From: Prochlorococcus sp. AG-363-J23
GTDB taxonomy: Bacteria > Cyanobacteriota > Cyanobacteriia > PCC-6307 > Cyanobiaceae
NCBI GenBank assembly: GCA_003280245.1
Contig: QCFN01000001.1
Span: 24,300-88,299 of the forward strand
Reading direction: 5' to 3'
Length of the DNA: 64,000 nucleotides
The position numbers and the translations under genes are program-made. The notes under the pieces were generated by a model that searched no databases, was not told the origin of the DNA, and was given only the letters and a program-made list of their open reading frames with translations. Below, in pieces: positions 8,504-18,000 of the stretch (within the stretch, counting starts at the first letter, position 1; each line of letters opens with the position of its first letter).

Positions 8504-8698
8504 CTAAAAAGTAATGCCCTCTTGCTCCAAGGCTGCTCTTAATGACCTAGGAAAAGTGGAATACTTTTGCTTCCATCTTTCAATTACGCCTGTTTCACCA
8601 TTAGTAATTCGATCCTTGACGAACTGAATAGTCGCAGGAATGGAATCAGGGTTTTTGCCCTTTTTTGCTTTTAGTGGTTTACGAGCGACGGCCATCAA
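8504..8698 (-). CDS. Hypothetical small basic protein of the element
   Basis: A 64-aa ORF, co-oriented with and 6 bp upstream of the HTH gene. No recognisable motif. Confidence 0.35.
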   Translation of the reverse strand: MMAVARKPLKAKKGKNPDSIPATIQFVKDRITNGETGVIERWKQKYSTFPRSLRAALEQEGITF

Positions 8699-8878
8699 TC
8701 AACCTCCCAAGAGGAGTGGATATTTAGCCGTCACTTGGTTGCCCTTATGACCTTCAGAGATTGTGCAGTCGGTTACTTGTCCGAAGCCCCTCTCAGCTTT
8801 GCGAACAAGCTAGCGAACGCTATATGTGGTGTCAACTGAATTGCACCATGATAATGCGAAACCATATGCGAAATCTGT

Positions 8879-10177
8879 TCATGCTTTTACCTGTCCAGCT
8901 CTAAAACGTTCGCCTGCTGCTATTAACTCTTGATCCTCCATCCATCCGCCGTAATGCTTGCAGTGAGTTTTTAGATCGTGGCGCATTAGTGCTGCTGTAG
9001 CTCTTAATGAATATGGATTCTTCGACTCAATATGTGATCTCCAGGCATAGGAGTGACGCAAGCTATAAACCTTTAGCCCGTTTTGTTTGGCAAGCAGTTT
9101 CCAATAGGGATCTCTTTTTAGGAGCTGTCTTAGTGCCTGTCCAACCTGTTTAAATTCTCCAGTCTCTTTGGCTTTTTTAATAGCGTTTCGTACAGCTAAA
9201 GGAAGTTGTACTTTCCCACTTTCATATAGAGCCACTAGTCTTGCGCCTTCTCCAGGTAGGGAAGCTAAATCAATTGCTTGAACCTTTTGGGGAGGCTTAC
9301 TAATTCCAATCGAGTTCTCGTTATTTTTCACATGCCCAACAAATAAGTTTGAGTCTCTTACCTCTAAGACTGCTAGTTCAGAAGGTCTCAATCCATAAAG
9401 CGCAACTAGTCCTACTGCTAAATAAAGACTGTGTTTATTGTTCTTCTTAAGTGATTCCAAGAGACCTTCAAGTTGATCTCCCTTTAGAGGGACTGTTAAA
9501 GATTTCTGCTGAGACTTACCAATCAAGAGCCTCTTTAGCTCTTTCATTTTTCTGCTGTCACTACTTGGAGGCAGGAACCTATCGGGAGCCCCTTTTTCTT
9601 CAACAGCAAATCTGAGAAAAGCTATTACATCAACAAGTTGTCTCTTTCTTCCTTCTCCTCCCTCAGGACATTTTGCAAAATGATCTTTTGAATATTGGGT
9701 TAGTAGTTCTTTCCAATTACGAGGTTTAGGGCTTCTTCCTATTGTTTCCAAAGCCCTTCTTAAGCGAGTTCTTAAATCGGTAAGGGTTGATTCCTTTCTG
9801 TTCCCTCTGCTTTTAACAAATTCATCAGCAATAAATTTCCAGCCTTTATGGTTCTCACTGTTATCAGTCTTGCTCTCTACATCTGAACCTATCCGTAAAT
9901 CCTCTGCCTCTCTAAGACTAGTTACGTTGCCTTCGGTCAGAAGTCTTTTGAGTTCTGCAACGGCAGTGATAATCTTGCTTTGGTTACGGCTTGACCAGTC
10001 GTAAGGGATGAAGACGGAACTACGAGGGTTCTTCTTACCAAGACCATCTTGGAATTGATAAGTAACCTGCGTTTTTTCGACTCCTCCAATTTCTCGGCCT
10101 CTTAATTGCCATCCTGGCCCATTTTCGGTTCTGATGGTATGGCGTAACAAAGTTGCCCAATTTTGCCGAGAAGCCAT
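8879..10177 (-). CDS. int: Tyrosine recombinase / phage-type integrase
   Basis: The C-terminal catalytic region reads LYGLRPSEL ... SLRHSYAWRS ... LMRHDLKTHCKHYGGW (R, H-x-x-R-like, H and Y). The gene lies 136 bp from a tRNA gene. Confidence 0.8.
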   Translation of the reverse strand: MASRQNWATLLRHTIRTENGPGWQLRGREIGGVEKTQVTYQFQDGLGKKNPRSSVFIPYDWSSRNQSKIITAVAELKRLLTEGNVTSLREAEDLRIGSDVESKTDNSENHKGWKFIADEFVKSRGNRKESTLTDLRTRLRRALETIGRSPKPRNWKELLTQYSKDHFAKCPEGGEGRKRQLVDVIAFLRFAVEEKGAPDRFLPPSSDSRKMKELKRLLIGKSQQKSLTVPLKGDQLEGLLESLKKNNKHSLYLAVGLVALYGLRPSELAVLEVRDSNLFVGHVKNNENSIGISKPPQKVQAIDLASLPGEGARLVALYESGKVQLPLAVRNAIKKAKETGEFKQVGQALRQLLKRDPYWKLLAKQNGLKVYSLRHSYAWRSHIESKNPYSLRATAALMRHDLKTHCKHYGGWMEDQELIAAGERFRAGQVKA

Positions 10178-10260
10178 GTCTTGATTGAATTAGTTTGGCG
10201 GGATCCGTGGCGGGATTTAGCCATATTAAAGACAATCAAGCGGTATCAAGCAAGATACGG

Positions 10261-10292
10261 GGTTTGCCAGAATCTCTAAGACCGCCTGATAT
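10261..10292 (+). repeat. Candidate right att-like direct repeat
   Basis: See 5690-5727. This copy ends 20 bp upstream of tRNA-Ala. Confidence 0.3.
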
Positions 10293-10312
10293 CACTGCCA
10301 AAATCCACATAC

Positions 10313-10385
10313 GGGGCCATAGCTCAGCTGGTAGAGCACCTGCATGGCATGCAGGGGGTCAGCGGTTCGAGTCCGCTTGGCTCCA
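10313..10385 (+). tRNA. tRNA-Ala (anticodon GGC), no encoded CCA
   Basis: Folded by hand: GGGGCCA-TA-GCTC-AGCTGGTA-GAGC-A-CCTGC-ATGGCAT-GCAGG-GGGTC-AGCGG-TTCGAGT-CCGCT-TGGCTCC-A. The G3:U70 alanine identity pair is present and all four stems are perfect. Confidence 0.9.
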
Positions 10386-10845
10386 CTAAGATGTTTGTTT
10401 ATCAATCAAACTTTTATTCTATTTATTATTTTAATCTACTAATAGAGTCAATTATTAACTAATTAATTCTATTTACCAGAATAAAATCTAACAAATACAA
10501 AAGGGACCACCGAGCTATTCGCCTATAGCTGTTCAATCTATCCTCTAATTCCAAGTTTTTACTTAAAGAAATTAGATAATCAACGGAATCAGAAATATTA
10601 TCGATGTATTATTAATAATGTATTAATATCTAGTCAATAACTCTAAAATGTTTCCATTTTATGATTGTAGGTATTGCTATATCATATAACTTATAATTTT
10701 TAATTATTCGAAGCTATCCGATTTCTGATTACTCGTTTCAATTATTTTGGAAATTGTTAAGATATCGAATCGTTTGTAAGTTAATAATTTTGACTTGCAA
10801 TGATCCCAAGAAGATGTAGGTTTAATAAAATTACAATTTTTTCCT

Positions 10846-11058
10846 ATGAATCCTAGAGAAATGATTAGGGCTCATGCCTATCCCACTTTGGCTTTGGTAA
10901 GTACTATTAGCCTTACTGTTATTGCAACTTCCCTTGTACCTGTGGCTAAATGGATGAATATTCAGAATCAGTGTGTTGAGAGAATATTAAAGATTGATGC
11001 CAATAATATGCCAGCTCTCTCATCTCAGGTATGGAGCTGTAATGGAAAGGGCAGTTGA
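10846..11058 (+). CDS. Hypothetical small membrane protein
   Basis: A 70-aa ORF with one hydrophobic helix (PTLALVSTISLTVIATSLVPV) in the AT-rich tRNA-proximal segment. Confidence 0.3.
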   Translation: MNPREMIRAHAYPTLALVSTISLTVIATSLVPVAKWMNIQNQCVERILKIDANNMPALSSQVWSCNGKGS

Positions 11059-11315
11059 GCTTCAAGTTTTTAATTTATTCTCTAATTCTAATTTCCTTAA
11101 TACATCCATCACAAACTTTATGTAAGATATCACTATTCTACTATTACTAACGTACATACAAAGCGATTATTTTCTTTGCCAATAACTTTATTAGTCATGT
11201 CTCCAGAGAACCCATTAAACTTACTTTTTATGTTTCTATATTATAATTTTATGTGTTTATTATGATTATTTCATGTTAAAGACCTAGTCTTAAATGAGTC
11301 CCCTCGAATAAGTAG

Positions 11316-12224
11316 ATGCTATTACAAGAAGAAATTTCATGGCTAATTCCATTACTACCATTTTGTGTAGCAAGTTTTATTGCCTTATGTCTTATTAGCT
11401 TTAATCGTACAATGAATCGATTAAGCAAGCCTGTATTTTTCTTATCTGCTTCCTCTTTATTAATACCAGCAGTTATTAGTTTATTGTTAACCCGAGAATT
11501 TTATGGCGGTGAGATAGTTAACGAAACACTTTTCATGAATGAATTACATATTTCTGGATATTCTCTATTAACTGGCTTTTTTATCGACAGGCTAAGCACA
11601 AGCACCCTCTCTATATTAACTTTTACCTTGCTAGCCTTAGTTTTAACATCTAATTCCTTTTTATTTAGAAAGGATGGTTACGTAAGATTTTTTATATTTC
11701 TGGGCTTGTTTTCTAGTTCTTGTTTAGGCTTAGCAGTAAGCGTTAGTTTATTAGAACTATTTTCCTTTTGGGTTCTACTAGGTCTCTTTTCATATTATCT
11801 TAAGGATAATTGGAGAAAGTTTTACATAGGAACTAATAGTAATTCTAACTTATTCTTTACTATAGATTTACTCTCTAATTTACTATTTCTTATTGCCGTG
11901 TACATATTATATGGAATAACTGGATCTTTTGATTTCGAGAATATTAAAGATGTAATTCACTCAAGAATACTTTCTGATACCCTATCTTTGTCAAATTCAA
12001 TACTTTTAACTACTCTATTTTTTGGTGCAATATTTGCAAGAATATTAGAGACTCCATGTTACATTTTAGATAAATTCTCCCCAGGTCTTCCAAGAGATAA
12101 ATCTATATTTATTTACTTTTTTATAGTTTTCATAGTATGTACTTTTGTCTTTATAAGGATTGAACCTATTCTTAATGAAATATCATTGGCATATTATCCA
12201 GAAGGCATTTTTAGTATTTTTTGA
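11316..12224 (+). CDS. Divergent, truncated NuoL/NdhF-like (proton-antiporter family) membrane protein
   Basis: The alignable N-terminal signature is SWLIPLLPF...FFIDRLSTSTLSIL...KDGYVRFFIFLGLFSSS...LLELFSFWVLLGLFSYYL...ILYGITGSFDF. Compare NuoL: LDGLSL...EGYSRFFAY.NLF...LGWEGVGLCSYLLIG...ILY...GTLNF. The conserved WE and Lys positions are replaced. Confidence 0.55.
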   Translation: MLLQEEISWLIPLLPFCVASFIALCLISFNRTMNRLSKPVFFLSASSLLIPAVISLLLTREFYGGEIVNETLFMNELHISGYSLLTGFFIDRLSTSTLSILTFTLLALVLTSNSFLFRKDGYVRFFIFLGLFSSSCLGLAVSVSLLELFSFWVLLGLFSYYLKDNWRKFYIGTNSNSNLFFTIDLLSNLLFLIAVYILYGITGSFDFENIKDVIHSRILSDTLSLSNSILLTTLFFGAIFARILETPCYILDKFSPGLPRDKSIFIYFFIVFIVCTFVFIRIEPILNEISLAYYPEGIFSIF

Positions 12225-12399
12225 GTATTTATTAAATATAATTGTGCCATTTAAAATTATTTCTCCTAAGTAAATAAATATCGGAATGTATTAACCTAAA
12301 ATTCATTCAGATGTCTATAACTAATTCAGAATTTGTATATTAGGATCAATTTAACTTATCTCTCAACTTCTCTTTAGATATAATCACTTCATATACCTC

Positions 12400-12699
12400 C
12401 TAGTTAATCCCGAAGAGTTTTCTAGTTACTGGCTCTCCTTTGTATAGTAGTTCAGATAAAATCAAAAGCAGAAAACTTATCATTGCTAATCTTCCATTTA
12501 CCAGCTCAACATTAGCGTTAAATCCAAAAACATTTTTGACCTCTTTATTGTCATTATCTATCCATTCCCAGGAGTTCTCCTTCTTTGAGATTTCTCTGGT
12601 CGCTTTTTGATTATTTTCTTTCATAGATTCTTGGACCTCATCTCCTTCAGTAAGCATCGGAGAAGATTGATCATTTGATTCTTCTTGGTTATAAGTCAT
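12400..12699 (-). CDS. hli: High-light-inducible protein (HLIP, CAB/ELIP/HLIP family) with an acidic N-terminal extension
   Basis: The C-terminal helix FGFNANVELVNGRLAMISFLLLILSEL carries the E..NGR.AM.(G/S)F chlorophyll-binding motif. Confidence 0.8.
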   Translation of the reverse strand: MTYNQEESNDQSSPMLTEGDEVQESMKENNQKATREISKKENSWEWIDNDNKEVKNVFGFNANVELVNGRLAMISFLLLILSELLYKGEPVTRKLFGIN

Positions 12700-12817
12700 T
12701 TTTAGGAAATATTATATTTAATTATAATAGTCCTATTAGATACTAAAAATAATCCAAAATCATAACTCACCTTAATGCTTTGTGATTATTTTTTAATTGT
12801 TTTGAATTGTCTACCTT

Positions 12818-12955
12818 TTACTTTCGCTTGACTTTTATTCTTTTAATAAGCTTTTTGGCTTTTTTTTTAGCATAATTAACCTCAACTATGTTTAAACGGA
12901 ATGTTAGTATTGATAATAAGAAAACCAAGATAAACAATAGAAAATAAATTTCCAT
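12818..12955 (-). CDS. Possible 45-aa single-pass membrane peptide with a Lys/Arg-rich tail
   Basis: Own translation: MEIYFLLFILVFLLSILTFRLNIVEVNYAKKKAKKLIKRIKVKRK. It is below the ORF-track size cut-off and has no homology support. Confidence 0.25.
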   Translation of the reverse strand: MEIYFLLFILVFLLSILTFRLNIVEVNYAKKKAKKLIKRIKVKRK

Positions 12956-13080
12956 ATGAGTAGAATTAATAACTGATTTTAGTTTGTATTATAATCAATT
13001 AAGTATGGTTTGGTTTGCTTTGAGATGATTCTATAGATTGGTCAAGAGTTCTTATAATGTGAATTAAACATAATTTATTT

Positions 13081-13932
13081 TTAATTATTTATATTGTAGG
13101 GTCCTAGATATGTCGAGCATAGTGCTCCAGAATGAGCTCCTAGGCTAATTGCTTGTTCAGCAGTCCATCCAGCAGCTAAACCTATAGTTACTCCAGCAGC
13201 AAAGCTATCTCCACATCCATATGTATCAAGTAATGGAGAATTAATAGAGGCAGCTTTATATCTACCAAATGGCCATGCAATGCCTCCCTTCTCTCCTTCG
13301 GTAGCAATTATAAGTTTAGGCTTAGGTTTAAGAATATTTCTATTCACTCTTTCCCCAGGATCAAGTCCACTTCCAATTAATGCATCAATCCTAATATTTG
13401 ATTCTTGTAATGTTTTTATTCCTACTCTTGGAGTGACAGTTAAGACTTTGCTTTGTCTTGCATGACTTAACGCATCTTTATCACCTGCTGAAATAAAGAT
13501 GCCATCACATTTAATTAGTTTTTCCCATTGCAATTGTTCTCTTCCTCTTGGCTCAAGTCTTTTTCCTATTACAGTTATTGCTCGATCACCCTTTTCATCA
13601 ATAAGGCTTATACCACTTCTTGTCTCTTGGTTGCGCCAGCTGATTTGTAGCTTTAAACCCATTCCTTCTAGGATTCTCTTAGATTCTTTGCCTTTATCAT
13701 CATTTCCTAGTGAAGTAAAAAATGTAACTTCTTGCTTAAGTATGCTTGCCATTTTTATTGCAGATACAGCTCCTCCTCCAGCGGGACCTTCGAAATATTT
13801 AGTGGCATGTGAAATTTTTCCTGGTTCAGGTAGAGAATCAACCTTTAGAAAGGTAATCCATTCAATATGTCCTACTACTGCCATTCTTAATTTGGGAATA
13901 CTAGGTAATTTATTCTCAGGCCAAATACGCAT
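13081..13932 (-). CDS. PfkB-family carbohydrate/nucleoside kinase
   Basis: Ribokinase-like motifs are present: N-terminal GGGAVSA and C-terminal DTYGCGDSFAAG. Confidence 0.75.
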   Translation of the reverse strand: MRIWPENKLPSIPKLRMAVVGHIEWITFLKVDSLPEPGKISHATKYFEGPAGGGAVSAIKMASILKQEVTFFTSLGNDDKGKESKRILEGMGLKLQISWRNQETRSGISLIDEKGDRAITVIGKRLEPRGREQLQWEKLIKCDGIFISAGDKDALSHARQSKVLTVTPRVGIKTLQESNIRIDALIGSGLDPGERVNRNILKPKPKLIIATEGEKGGIAWPFGRYKAASINSPLLDTYGCGDSFAAGVTIGLAAGWTAEQAISLGAHSGALCSTYLGPYNINN

Positions 13933-14097
13933 TTGCTTTAGGGATATTTACTAAGAGTAAATGTTTATTAGTTTTTTGCAAGAAATAGAATTTCTGACAT
14001 CTTATTTCTCTATTTACTAGTTTGTATTAGTCTTTTCTGAATTTAAACTGTAGTTTATGATAATTTTGATTATAATATAAAAATATGCATTTTTGAT

Positions 14098-14553
14098 ATG
14101 GTCGATTGTTCTATATGTTTTCTTCATTCAGATCTTTATTCTCAGTCTAAATATCAAATTAAAAGAACCTCTATTTGGACTCTTAGGCATCATCCTGATC
14201 CAGCACCTTTGCCAGGTTGGTTGATTCTGGATTCAAATAGACATTTGTCAGGTCCAATTGAATTCTCGACTTCAGAATCATCTTCTTGGGGTAATGCAGT
14301 ATCTATGGCGAGCAAAATTGTTCAGAATGTTACTCAATGTGATAGGGTATATTTTATTGCTTTTGGAGAAGGTGCTAGGCATTTGCATTTGCATTTGATT
14401 CCACATATGAATGGAAACACGTGCACAAAGTCTTGGAATATAGCTGATTATTATCGTGATGTGCTTAATAATCCTAAAAAGGCTGTTGATCCTAAATTGG
14501 TCAAAAAGATAGTTTCCCAATCTCGAGAAAATGCAAGTTCGATTAATTTTTAG
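14098..14553 (+). CDS. HIT (histidine triad) family hydrolase
   Basis: Triad ARHLHLHLIPH is present, with an N-terminal CSIC. Confidence 0.65.
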   Translation: MVDCSICFLHSDLYSQSKYQIKRTSIWTLRHHPDPAPLPGWLILDSNRHLSGPIEFSTSESSSWGNAVSMASKIVQNVTQCDRVYFIAFGEGARHLHLHLIPHMNGNTCTKSWNIADYYRDVLNNPKKAVDPKLVKKIVSQSRENASSINF

Positions 14554-15772
14554 AACTTCTTTCTGATAGTGACCTTCCTTTCCATGTCCAGCCTTTACCC
14601 AAAATCGTTATATATGTGGAATTAATTCCAATTAAACTAACAATTATTCCACCGACCCACATTAACCACCAGTATTTCATTGATAGGTTGAAATTTCTAT
14701 ATACCCAAAGCCGGAGGTAAAATTGGAGGTAGATTGGCATAACTGCTATTAATATCATAGTTATCTTTAGCGCGTAACTTATGGGATTTATTAGAGAATA
14801 ATAGATAATGAATGGTTCTATTATTATGCTGAGTGAAAATATGTTGAATACTATAATTGATGCTCCTATTGATTTTAAAGGATTTCTATCTAATCCTAAA
14901 AACCAGTTTTTACTCCATCCTTCCCAAAGCGAAGGGAGATCATCATACATCCTTAATTTTATAGAATCTATTCCTAATAGGAAATTTAGTTTAAGTCCAT
15001 TATCTTTGATATTTTTTGCTAGAGCCAAATCCTCAACTACTTCACCTGCTAATCTTCTATGCCCTCCTATTTTATTATATGATTCACGTTTAAAAAGCAT
15101 AAATGGACCAGCAGCAAATGCTTTATTGCTGGAATCTTTATTTATTTCTTTTATTGGAAATCCGATGCTTAAAAGACAGCTTATCACAGGTTGAACTAGC
15201 CATTCAGATAAACAACTACATTCTATTTTTGGAGCAAGACTAAGTAGGTCTAAATCTTTTTCAATAGCATATGAAATGGCCCTTGATAAGGTATCATTTC
15301 TTAATTCTGTATCAGCATCTACAAATAATATCCATTCACTATTTGATGCTTCAGATGCAATAGTGCAAGCCCAGTTTTTTCCTACCCACCATTCATCTCT
15401 TGGCCTATCACCAGCCGAAATTATTTTGTACCTACTTTCTGAAAGTTTATATCTATTAGCAAGCTTTTTAGCTATTTCGACCGTTTCATCAGTGCTACAG
15501 TCGTCTACAAGAATTACTTGCCAATTTGAGCAAGGATTTTTATTTTCCATAAGACTTGATATACATGTTTCAATTTTTTTAGCCTCATTATATGCTGGAA
15601 CTATTATTGTTAAGGAAGTGGTTCTTTCTTTTATTTCTTCTTTCAGATTGGTTTTGAGCTTTGGAGCATCTTTGAATTGATAAATTAAATTTACTATTAA
15701 AAATGATAATCCTGAACATAATATAAGTTCTAGGGCTATTAGATATATAATTACATGATTTGATTCGATCAT
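14543..15772 (-). CDS. Membrane-bound family-2 glycosyltransferase
   Basis: The GT-A motifs IIVPAYNE, ILVDDCSTDET and VDADT are flanked by transmembrane segments. Confidence 0.75.
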   Translation of the reverse strand: MIESNHVIIYLIALELILCSGLSFLIVNLIYQFKDAPKLKTNLKEEIKERTTSLTIIVPAYNEAKKIETCISSLMENKNPCSNWQVILVDDCSTDETVEIAKKLANRYKLSESRYKIISAGDRPRDEWWVGKNWACTIASEASNSEWILFVDADTELRNDTLSRAISYAIEKDLDLLSLAPKIECSCLSEWLVQPVISCLLSIGFPIKEINKDSSNKAFAAGPFMLFKRESYNKIGGHRRLAGEVVEDLALAKNIKDNGLKLNFLLGIDSIKLRMYDDLPSLWEGWSKNWFLGLDRNPLKSIGASIIVFNIFSLSIIIEPFIIYYSLINPISYALKITMILIAVMPIYLQFYLRLWVYRNFNLSMKYWWLMWVGGIIVSLIGINSTYITILGKGWTWKGRSLSERSSKN

Positions 15773-15780
15773 TTTAGTAG

Positions 15781-16032
15781 TTACCAGTTTTCATCTAATA
15801 GGAGACTTACCTCTACTTTGTTATTTTCATTAGCTTGCACATAACTAATGCATGCTCTAATAACTTCTCCATTTACTTCGATTTCGCATGATCCGCAGCT
15901 TCCTCTTAGGCAGCCTGTAGGAATATTGATTTTTGCTTCTTTTGCCGTTGAAATCCAATCTTTACCATTAGGAGCATATGTTGAATTCCCATTTGGCCAG
16001 TAGATTTTTACAAGTTTTTCTTTCATATTCAT
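15781..16032 (-). CDS. Small [2Fe-2S] ferredoxin-like protein
   Basis: Contains [21 protein letters not shown] (C-x4-C-x2-C ... C). Its ATG overlaps the cobQ stop (ATGA). Confidence 0.65.
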   Translation of the reverse strand: MNMKEKLVKIYWPNGNSTYAPNGKDWISTAKEAKINIPTGCLRGSCGSCEIEVNGEVIRACISYVQANENNKVEVSLLLDENW

Positions 16033-17549
16033 ATAATTTTATCTATGTTAATATTTTTCTCGAAACTATCTGCGAGTCTTTCAAGTAGTGTTTCTCGATT
16101 TTTGAAAAAGGTAGTGCTTTTCTCTTTCTTTAGTTTGCATAAGGATTTAGACAATCTTATTTGATTAATCCAGTTTCTTCTCCATTCATCATTTTCGAAA
16201 ATACCATGTAGGTAGCATCCGGCAATATTTCCATTGTTGTTATTTTTTTTGACCCATCCCAGGCTTTTGTCCTTTGTAATTTGATACAATTGTTTTTGCC
16301 CAGACTTTATTGGTTTTGTTTCTCCATAATGTAGTTCGTAACCTACTAATTTTGTCGAGTTAGGCCAGCAGGATATAGTTTCTCTTTGCCTTTTTATTTT
16401 TCTATTATTGAAGATCGTATGAATAGGCAGAAGATTTAGCCCTGTAGTTATTTTTGAGTCGTTCTCAAAATTATTATCTTCAATGTTGTATGGATCTTCG
16501 AGAGTATTTCCTAGCATCTGAAAACCTCCACATATACCGAATATTATGCCGCCATTTCTGGCATACTCTATTATTTGATCAGCTAGTCTACTTTCTTTTA
16601 ATTTTTTTAGGTCAGAAATTGTTTGTTTACTTCCTGGGATGATCATTGCATCAGGACTGCCTAACTTATCTCCGGGTTTTATCCAATATAGATTAACTGA
16701 AGGCTCTATTTCAAGAGGATCCATGTCTGAGAAGTTGCTTATCGAATCAAGTTTGATTACGGCAATTTTTGTTTCCGATTCTTCTTGGAGAGTATATCTT
16801 TCAATTAGGTCAAGAGAATCTTCTGGTGGATAAATATCTTTTAACCAGGGCATCACTCCTAAAACTGGAATTCCTGTTTTTTCTTCAATCCATTTTCTTC
16901 CTTCATGAAATAGTTCCTGATCTCCCCTAAACCTATTAATAATTATTCCTTTTATAAGACCGCGCTCATGCGCCTTAAGTAATTCGAGTGTCCCAATTAT
17001 TTGAGCAAATACCCCTCCTCTTTCTATATCAGCTACAAGTATACAATTTGCTTTCAAAAACATAGCTAGACGTAGGTTTGTAAGGTCTCTATGTTGAAGA
17101 TTCATTTCTACTGGACTTCCTGCTCCTTCAAGAACTAGCCGACCATTAGGGAATGATTCTCTTAGTTTCTTTAGGGCAGTTTGTATTGCTTCCCAGCCTG
17201 GTAAGAACCATTGCTGGTAATAATCTTTTGCTTTAGTTTCCCCAACGCTTTTTCCTAGATGAATTACTTCACTCGAATTGTTCCCTTTTGGCTTTAGAAG
17301 TATTGGGTTCATCGAACAAGTTGGTTCAAGACCAGCAGCCCAAGCTTGCATCGCTTGGGAGTAGGCCATTTCTCCACCAGTTGAGTCAATCCAGGCATTG
17401 TTGCTCATGTTTTGACCTTTGAAGGGCACAGATGTTTCACCTCTTCTCTTTAAGGCTCTGCATAATGCTGCAGTCATTAATGATTTGCCAGCACCGCTAC
17501 AGGTACCAAGAATCATTAGTGAAGTTGGTGGTAAAAAAGAATCTTTCAT
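16029..17549 (-). CDS. cobQ: Cobyric acid synthase
   Basis: N-terminal GTCSGAGKS is followed by a C-terminal GATase domain ([10 protein letters not shown]). The track start at 17576 overlaps the upstream gene. The ATG at 17549 (MKDSFLPP...) sits in a TAATG overlap with that gene's stop and is the more likely start. Confidence 0.85.
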   Translation of the reverse strand: MKDSFLPPTSLMILGTCSGAGKSLMTAALCRALKRRGETSVPFKGQNMSNNAWIDSTGGEMAYSQAMQAWAAGLEPTCSMNPILLKPKGNNSSEVIHLGKSVGETKAKDYYQQWFLPGWEAIQTALKKLRESFPNGRLVLEGAGSPVEMNLQHRDLTNLRLAMFLKANCILVADIERGGVFAQIIGTLELLKAHERGLIKGIIINRFRGDQELFHEGRKWIEEKTGIPVLGVMPWLKDIYPPEDSLDLIERYTLQEESETKIAVIKLDSISNFSDMDPLEIEPSVNLYWIKPGDKLGSPDAMIIPGSKQTISDLKKLKESRLADQIIEYARNGGIIFGICGGFQMLGNTLEDPYNIEDNNFENDSKITTGLNLLPIHTIFNNRKIKRQRETISCWPNSTKLVGYELHYGETKPIKSGQKQLYQITKDKSLGWVKKNNNNGNIAGCYLHGIFENDEWRRNWINQIRLSKSLCKLKKEKSTTFFKNRETLLERLADSFEKNINIDKII

Positions 17550-17920
17550 TATCTTGGCCAATTTTTTTTTAACCAAAATTGAATTTGTTCAAGAATTCCC
17601 GGACGATGTGATGTTGTTTCTGGATTTTCTAAAAGTACTTCTCTGCCTAATGGTGTTAAACGAATTTTCGAGGTAAGTCCCTGACCATCAACTTCTCGGC
17701 GAAGTGCTCCTATTTTAATTAGCCAAATAAAGGTTGATTCAAGTTGAGCCTCACTCTTAAACCATTTCATTCCGTTTACAAGATATGAGTAAGGTTTTTG
17801 ATAGACAGCATTTGCTCCTAGTCCTATTACCTGTATGTCTTCATAGAATCTAGAGTTTAGAGGTAGGCATCGGAAAGTTTGAATAACTCTTTTTTTGCTC
17901 CGATGATTTGTTGGGTTCAT
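17549..17920 (-). CDS. Conserved hypothetical protein
   Basis: The ORF is co-oriented with and coupled to cobQ. The ATG at 17920 ([10 protein letters not shown]...) is preferred because the longer version would overlap maf. Confidence 0.45.
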   Translation of the reverse strand: MNPTNHRSKKRVIQTFRCLPLNSRFYEDIQVIGLGANAVYQKPYSYLVNGMKWFKSEAQLESTFIWLIKIGALRREVDGQGLTSKIRLTPLGREVLLENPETTSHRPGILEQIQFWLKKNWPR

Positions 17921-18000
17921 TGTGTTTTCTTCCTCACAAGTTGCATTGTCATTAATAGATGTCAGCCTAGGGATTCTTTTTGAATTTCCTTTTTGTTGTG

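Larger units (their letters stand above)
5690..10292. mobile_element. Small integrative element (tycheposon-like or satellite-like): integrase, two small ORFs and a primase-helicase, next to tRNA-Ala
   Basis: The gene content between the host COG0523 promoter and a tRNA gene is typical of an integrative element. Imperfect direct repeats lie at 5690-5727 and 10261-10292. The boundaries are approximate. Confidence 0.6.

Noticed and set aside
10195-10389. A 64-aa plus-strand ORF
   Set aside because: Its 3' half is the tRNA-Ala gene read as protein (…GHSSAGRAPAWHAGGQRFESAWLH), so it is an artefact.
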